IMG/VR virus record: IMGVR_UViG_3300044611_001416
From: an uncultured virus (IMG/VR IMGVR_UViG_3300044611_001416)
Lineage: Duplodnaviria > Heunggongvirae > Uroviricota > Caudoviricetes
DNA length: 64,000 nt
Direction: 5' to 3' (one strand)
Shown here piece by piece: positions 59,099 through 64,000 of the stretch. The notes beneath the pieces are model-generated. The model was not told where the DNA came from. It did not search any database and saw nothing but the letters and a program-made list of their open reading frames with translations. Position numbers and translations under genes: made by a program. Position 1 is the first letter of the stretch. Every line of letters begins with the position of its first letter.

Positions 59099-59380
59099 AT
59101 GGATAAAGAACTAGTATATTTGATTACATGGTTAGTAACGTGGAGCGACTTCAAATCAAAAGAGGTTGTTCGGATTATTTTTACTAATGAAAAAGAATTA
59201 CGCAATGTACCAACAATTAAATTAGAAACAACAAAAACTGTTGAGTTTAAAGGTTCTGTTAAGTCTAAAAAAGAAGAACTTCAAGAGGCATTATCCGTTT
59301 TAAAATCCAAAAAGAATAAAACGGTTAAAGATAAAAATTCTATTGGTGTTCTTGAATCGGTCCTGAATAATTATCGTTAA
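59099..59380 (+). CDS. Hypothetical protein (host-type promoter)
   Basis: ATG 4 nt after TATCTTTG. Confidence 0.65.
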   Translation: MDKELVYLITWLVTWSDFKSKEVVRIIFTNEKELRNVPTIKLETTKTVEFKGSVKSKKEELQEALSVLKSKKNKTVKDKNSIGVLESVLNNYR

Positions 59381-59462
59381 CAATAACCCCATTTATAAGG
59401 TTGGGTTTATTATTTAATTGTTAATTGTTTATAATCTTAAATTTTTAACCTATTTATGAAAT

Positions 59463-60185
59463 ATGGATTTAAATAAATATATTACCATCGTAATACCTTG
59501 TAAAAACGAAAAAGACATTATATTAAAAACATTGGACCTGTTAAATTATCAGTCAGATATATATAATGTGAAAGTTATTGTGTGTGATAAATCAAACGAT
59601 AATATAACAAACCAATCATTAATTAATAGGATGGGGAATAAATCAAATAATGATGTGTTTGATTTATATGTGATAGACGGTGGATTACCTGCTAAGGCAA
59701 GAAATAACGGGTTTAAATTAGTTACAACACCATACGTTTTATTTATTGATGCTGACGTATTTTTGTTGGATTCAAAAACAATCAAGAGAGCTTTTTTAAA
59801 AATATATAAAAATAATTTAGATTTAGTGACCACCAAATTTAGAAGCGACAACGGTAAATACAATTACATTTATAAAACATTTGATTTTTTACAAATAATT
59901 TCAAAATGGTCAACACCATTTTGTTTGGGTGGATTTATGATGATAAAATCTAAAACATTTACTGATTTGGGTGGGTTTGATGAAGAAATAAAAATTGCTG
60001 AGGATTATCAATTTTCAAAACAAATTAAACCAAGAAAGTTTGGTAGAATAAATAATGTTGTTTTTACCCCTCCAAGAAGATTTGAAAATAAAGGAATTTT
60101 ATATATGACCAAACTATTTTTAGGTTCATTTTTTAACAACAACAATAAACCATACTTTACAAAAGACAATGACTATTGGACATGA
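59463..60185 (+). CDS. Glycosyltransferase family 2
   Basis: IVIPCKNE, ARNNG, FIDADV and GGFDE...AED motifs. Confidence 0.9.
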   Translation: MDLNKYITIVIPCKNEKDIILKTLDLLNYQSDIYNVKVIVCDKSNDNITNQSLINRMGNKSNNDVFDLYVIDGGLPAKARNNGFKLVTTPYVLFIDADVFLLDSKTIKRAFLKIYKNNLDLVTTKFRSDNGKYNYIYKTFDFLQIISKWSTPFCLGGFMMIKSKTFTDLGGFDEEIKIAEDYQFSKQIKPRKFGRINNVVFTPPRRFENKGILYMTKLFLGSFFNNNNKPYFTKDNDYWT

Positions 60186-60895
60186 AAACATGGAGAACAA
60201 TAATAATGAGTGATTTACATCTTGGTGCAAGACAATCACAAACAGACAATATTATTAAATTCTTGGAAGAGAATGAGTCTTTAATATTAATTTTAAATGG
60301 TGATATCATTGATGGATGGGCACTTAAAAGTGGGGGGAAATGGAAAAAAGAATGTTCCAAGATATTCCGAAGATTTATGAAAAGAAGTGAGACAGGAACA
60401 AAAGTGGTTTATATCAGAGGCAATCATGACGATTTCTTAAAACCATTCGTACCTTTCTTTATGAATAACATTCAAATCGTTAGGAAGTATATACACATTG
60501 GAGTTGATGGTAGAAAGTATTATTGTTTTCATGGTGATGTTCTTGACTTTGTTATTATGAAAGTAAGATGGTTGGCAGTACTTGGAGGGATATCTTATGA
60601 CTTAGTAATCAAATTGAATACGTTATATAATTTGATTAGGAGAAAGTTTAATCTACCTTATTATTCATTGGCGAATCATATCAAACAAAGTGTAAAGGGG
60701 GCAATTAATTTTGTGTCTGACTTTGAAGAAAACGCCAAAAGATTAACAAAAAGTAAAGATTGTGATGTTGCAGTATGTGGACATATCCACCAACCAAAAT
60801 TAACTGAAGACTATATGAATTCAGGTGATTTTTGTGAGAATTCAACTTGTTTAGTTGAAGACTTTAACGGTAATTGGAAAATACTAACATATTAA
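60176..60895 (+). CDS. UDP-2,3-diacylglucosamine hydrolase (LpxH)-like metallophosphoesterase
   Basis: SDLHLG, NGDIIDGW, GNHD, HGD, GHIH and NSGD motifs. Confidence 0.8.
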   Translation: MDMKTWRTIIMSDLHLGARQSQTDNIIKFLEENESLILILNGDIIDGWALKSGGKWKKECSKIFRRFMKRSETGTKVVYIRGNHDDFLKPFVPFFMNNIQIVRKYIHIGVDGRKYYCFHGDVLDFVIMKVRWLAVLGGISYDLVIKLNTLYNLIRRKFNLPYYSLANHIKQSVKGAINFVSDFEENAKRLTKSKDCDVAVCGHIHQPKLTEDYMNSGDFCENSTCLVEDFNGNWKILTY

Positions 60896-60907
60896 GTATT
60901 TATTAAT

Positions 60908-61621
60908 ATGAGTAATTCAAAATCAAATAATCAATTAATTAATTTATTTTATTCAAAATATCTTAAAAAAATTAACGACATTAAAGGTTTAGTTTTTGAC
61001 TCATCAATTAATGGTGATAATATTATAATCAATATTAGTAACCCAAATGATTTATCTTATAGTCCCGACGCTGTTGTTGGTTATTTTGAAGAAGTTGTTC
61101 ATGACTTTAGTAAATTTATAAATGGTGCGGAAACTGGTGGTAATCGTCTCTATAAAAATATTTCTGATAGTTTAATTATTTCCATAGATGGTGAATACGC
61201 TAAAAACATGAATATTGTTTATGATAAAAAATTTTACTTAAATAAACAAGATTTACGTAATGTTGAACATATATGTGACATGATTCGTGTATATAAAATT
61301 GATGAGTTTTGGTCCAAATGTAAAGTTACTTTTGAGAAAGCTTACGTTGAAAGTGGTGACGATATCGCACTTATTGAACTAAACGTTGTCTTATTGACAC
61401 CTGAATGGGAAGGGCAACCTCTTAGAAATATGGGCATTTTAAGTGATAAAATTTCTGAAATGTCAGAAAATGAAAACTTCATTGACTATGAATACGAGTT
61501 CGCAAGTTCAGTTACAAGTTTTTTTTGGAATAACCCATTAATGGTTGATAAGGATTATATGGGGACACAACCTGTACTTAATTTTTATACTCCAGAAGGA
61601 AAATTTATAAATTATTGGTAA
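60908..61621 (+). CDS. Hypothetical protein
   Basis: 237 aa; starts TATTTATTAATATG. Confidence 0.7.
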   Translation: MSNSKSNNQLINLFYSKYLKKINDIKGLVFDSSINGDNIIINISNPNDLSYSPDAVVGYFEEVVHDFSKFINGAETGGNRLYKNISDSLIISIDGEYAKNMNIVYDKKFYLNKQDLRNVEHICDMIRVYKIDEFWSKCKVTFEKAYVESGDDIALIELNVVLLTPEWEGQPLRNMGILSDKISEMSENENFIDYEYEFASSVTSFFWNNPLMVDKDYMGTQPVLNFYTPEGKFINYW

Positions 61622-61641
61622 AAAAAAGGAATTATTCCCTT

Positions 61642-61929
61642 TTAGTTTAATTCTCCCCAAAGAACCTTATATTGTAAAGTGTCGACATGGTCAACTTTAA
61701 CCGAGTCAATCACTCGGTAAATGTTGTAACGATATTCATACTGTAATGTTTGAGTTTGACCATTCTTGTAATTCACAAAGTATGTGTTGTACAAGTTAGT
61801 GTCAACCTCAACTACACTAACACTCGTTTGAGTATTTTTATCCGTTGACAGTGGCTTGAACCCTTTGCAAGAAGTTAACACTAAAAAAGATGCGATAACG
61901 CCGAATACTATTAAAACTATTTTTTTCAT
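61642..61929 (-). CDS. Putative lipoprotein
   Basis: Signal peptide ending in an LTSC lipobox; TTTG-N19-TATCTTAG promoter at 61950-61980 (-). Confidence 0.75.
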   Translation of the reverse strand: MKKIVLIVFGVIASFLVLTSCKGFKPLSTDKNTQTSVSVVEVDTNLYNTYFVNYKNGQTQTLQYEYRYNIYRVIDSVKVDHVDTLQYKVLWGELN

Positions 61930-62003
61930 ATCTTTAATTATTTATATTGCTAAGATACGCATTTATTCTTAAACTACAAACTATTTATTAAAAAAATTTA
62001 ATC

Positions 62004-63128
62004 ATGAGCTATAAAAGATTCTTAATAAACGAATTAGAAAAGAAAGACATATTAAAACAATATGACTTATTAGTTGAAGTTGCAACAGTTGACCCTGAAC
62101 CAGTGTCTACCCTAACTATAGATAAAAATGTTCAATTTCGTGGAGGTTATTGGAGTGAAACCTATTTACCAGAAACTTTAGGCCCCGAGATTGAAAAAGT
62201 TAAAAAATATTTAAGTAGTGGGGCTGGTAAAATATATTTAGTTAGTGTTACTATTGAATCAGGTGAATCTCAATTACCAAATGTTGACAATGAAAATGGT
62301 GGTAAGGCAGTTCCCCCACTTTATTTAGCGACAAAAAGAAATGAGTCAATTCAAAACTATATTACAACACAATTACAATCATTTGTTGACCAAAAACTAT
62401 TAATTAGTTTACCTAAGTTTCAAGTTGCTCAACCTAAAATAGGCGCGACACCATTCCTTGGTGCACCATTTTGTCCTCAAGGAATGACTGATGTACAACA
62501 AAGAAATGTATGTGTTAAAAAATATAGAGAGGGTAAAACCACTATATATAAAACTGATTATGCTGACAAATATTTAACGGAACAATATGTTCGGGTAATT
62601 TTAAAGTTAGAAGAACTAACGGGCATGAAAAAGTGTTTAGATAATATGGTTATTGAAGTTAATTATACTGATTTATCTAAAAAACATGTATGTAATAGTG
62701 CTATTTACGAAATATCATTAAACGATGTTAAACTATTTAGAGATGATAAAAAACCATATGCAAGTTTAAATAACAATTATAATAAGGCTAAAAACTATCC
62801 AGGGATTGATGTATACGATAACACTAAAGTTGTTGGTGGTAAAAGATTTAATAAATTTATAATAACACCTGAAATTGCTAGTCAGATATTAATTCAAACT
62901 ATTGGTAAAAACGGAGCTGAAAAACCATCATTTATTTTAAAAGCGAAATGTCTTAACCCATTCAATAATACAGACTGGAATGGAGGATGTCATAAAGGTG
63001 TTGGTAATATTGTGGTTACGAATGGACAAAAAGAAGTTTTCAATTATATATCCGCAACTCCTAACGCTAAAGATGAGGTTAAAAATTTGGCGACATTCAA
63101 TGCTTGTGGTAGTGGTAAAGCACAATAA
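62004..63128 (+). CDS. Hypothetical protein with INE...LLVE leader
   Basis: 374 aa with several Cys pairs; TATTTAT at 61982. Confidence 0.7.
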   Translation: MSYKRFLINELEKKDILKQYDLLVEVATVDPEPVSTLTIDKNVQFRGGYWSETYLPETLGPEIEKVKKYLSSGAGKIYLVSVTIESGESQLPNVDNENGGKAVPPLYLATKRNESIQNYITTQLQSFVDQKLLISLPKFQVAQPKIGATPFLGAPFCPQGMTDVQQRNVCVKKYREGKTTIYKTDYADKYLTEQYVRVILKLEELTGMKKCLDNMVIEVNYTDLSKKHVCNSAIYEISLNDVKLFRDDKKPYASLNNNYNKAKNYPGIDVYDNTKVVGGKRFNKFIITPEIASQILIQTIGKNGAEKPSFILKAKCLNPFNNTDWNGGCHKGVGNIVVTNGQKEVFNYISATPNAKDEVKNLATFNACGSGKAQ

Positions 63129-63130
63129 AA

Positions 63131-63547
63131 ATGACAGACGATTTAATTGCGTACCCAAGCTCATTTATGCCTAAATTGAATATTAACGTAATCTTCAAGG
63201 AGAACCCTAATTACCCACAAATGAAAGAATATTTTAATATGATGGGTTATGGTTTTCTTGCTCCCGAATTTAAAACAATTTTCTTAGATGGTGAAAACTT
63301 TATTGGTGAAAACGCATTCACCTTTGACGATATGAAATTCGTTGAGGCTCATGAAGTGTCTCATCTTATATTAGGACATAATGGTCCTCGTTCAGAAGAA
63401 GATGAGATTGAGGCCGACTTAGGTGCGTACATTCTACTAACTAAATATAATATGTCAACAGAACGATTGAAGGACGAGTTTGAACACAGACACGGAGTTC
63501 CTTTTTCTGAAGAATTATTGGATAAAGTAAATGATAGAATGTTATGA
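63131..63547 (+). CDS. HEXXH metallopeptidase, ImmA/IrrE-like
   Basis: AHEVSH...EIEAD. Confidence 0.7.
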   Translation: MTDDLIAYPSSFMPKLNINVIFKENPNYPQMKEYFNMMGYGFLAPEFKTIFLDGENFIGENAFTFDDMKFVEAHEVSHLILGHNGPRSEEDEIEADLGAYILLTKYNMSTERLKDEFEHRHGVPFSEELLDKVNDRML

Positions 63548-64000
63548 GAGTAATAGTAAATGAAGATGTATATAATAATTTATCTCTGAAGTTTAGTAAT
63601 GAGTTTAGAAGACGTATTCCCCTTCTTGATAAATTAATAAAGGTTTTATTACCTCAAATGTTTCCTTGTGACTTTGATGACAAGGATGATTTTGTTAGAG
63701 GGGTTATGGATGAAATATCTTGGTTAGTAAGGAATGAAAAGTATGGATTAGATATGGTTGACGTTGGTGACATATCAGATTATTTATTTTCAATTAAGAA
63801 AGGTTATTTAATCCAATACTATAAAGAACATTGTGAACCCTCTGAAAATGATATTAACGAAATGATTAAATTAGACATTAAAGTTGGTGACATCCTAATG
63901 GGTGGTAAATTTAAAAACAAAAAAGTTGTTGTCAAAGATATTGGTAAAAACGAAAAAGGTGACATAACTATCAACGGAAAACCATTACTTAGATTTAGAA
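63544..64000 (+). CDS. Partial ORF running off the window end
   Basis: MRVIVNED... is open to the end of the window; ATGA-coupled to the previous gene. Confidence 0.7.
   Translation, partial: MRVIVNEDVYNNLSLKFSNEFRRRIPLLDKLIKVLLPQMFPCDFDDKDDFVRGVMDEISWLVRNEKYGLDMVDVGDISDYLFSIKKGYLIQYYKEHCEPSENDINEMIKLDIKVGDILMGGKFKNKKVVVKDIGKNEKGDITINGKPLLRFR

Larger units (their letters stand above)
1..64000. other. Segment of a jumbo/huge tailed phage genome, probable Bacteroidota host
   Basis: Dense ORFans mixed with T4-like replication genes (primase, gp46/47-like), a phage sigma factor and AMGs. Bacteroidota-type TAnnTTTG promoters and no SD motifs. No cellular housekeeping operons. Confidence 0.9.

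Noticed and set aside
1..64000. Alternative genetic code (TAG/TGA recoding as in some huge phages)
   Set aside because: Recognisable genes are full length under code 11, and TAG and TGA both act as real stops (e.g. 54345, 11873).
1..64000. Eukaryotic giant virus (NCLDV) or cellular origin
   Set aside because: Bacterial sigma-70, SmpB, a DnaG-type primase, an amidase, coupled operons and Bacteroidota promoters indicate a bacteriophage.

Overview
A gene-dense, AT-rich 64-kb segment of a very large (jumbo/huge) tailed dsDNA phage. It uses the standard genetic code, and I saw no tRNA, rRNA, CRISPR array, integrase or transposase. The host is most likely Bacteroidota: there are several TAnnTTTG promoters (some with an upstream TTTG at 19-20 nt), no Shine-Dalgarno motifs, a Bacteroidota-like sigma-70 and an Hc1-like histone H1 gene. 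Recognisable content: (i) replication/recombination genes (RuvC-like resolvase, primase, PD-(D/E)XK exonuclease, SbcD/SbcC); (ii) a sigma-70 factor, DnaJ, SmpB, two DNA methyltransferases, thioredoxin and glutaredoxin; (iii) auxiliary metabolic genes (cysteine synthase, glutamine synthetase II, RmlB, RmlC, GT2 and an LpxH-like hydrolase); (iv) Pro/Thr-repeat putative virion proteins and many ORFans. The most notable observations are four. First, a catalytically degenerate S-adenosylmethionine synthetase (MetK) homologue. Second, a shared N-terminal ITESQ/LNESEL-type leader on about 15 unrelated proteins, mostly paired with a TATTTAT upstream motif, which suggests a capsid cargo-loading system. 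Third, three promoter classes, many apparently producing leaderless mRNAs. Fourth, two candidate small RNAs and a repartitioned SbcD/SbcC pair. All family assignments come from motif recognition by eye; no database searches were run.
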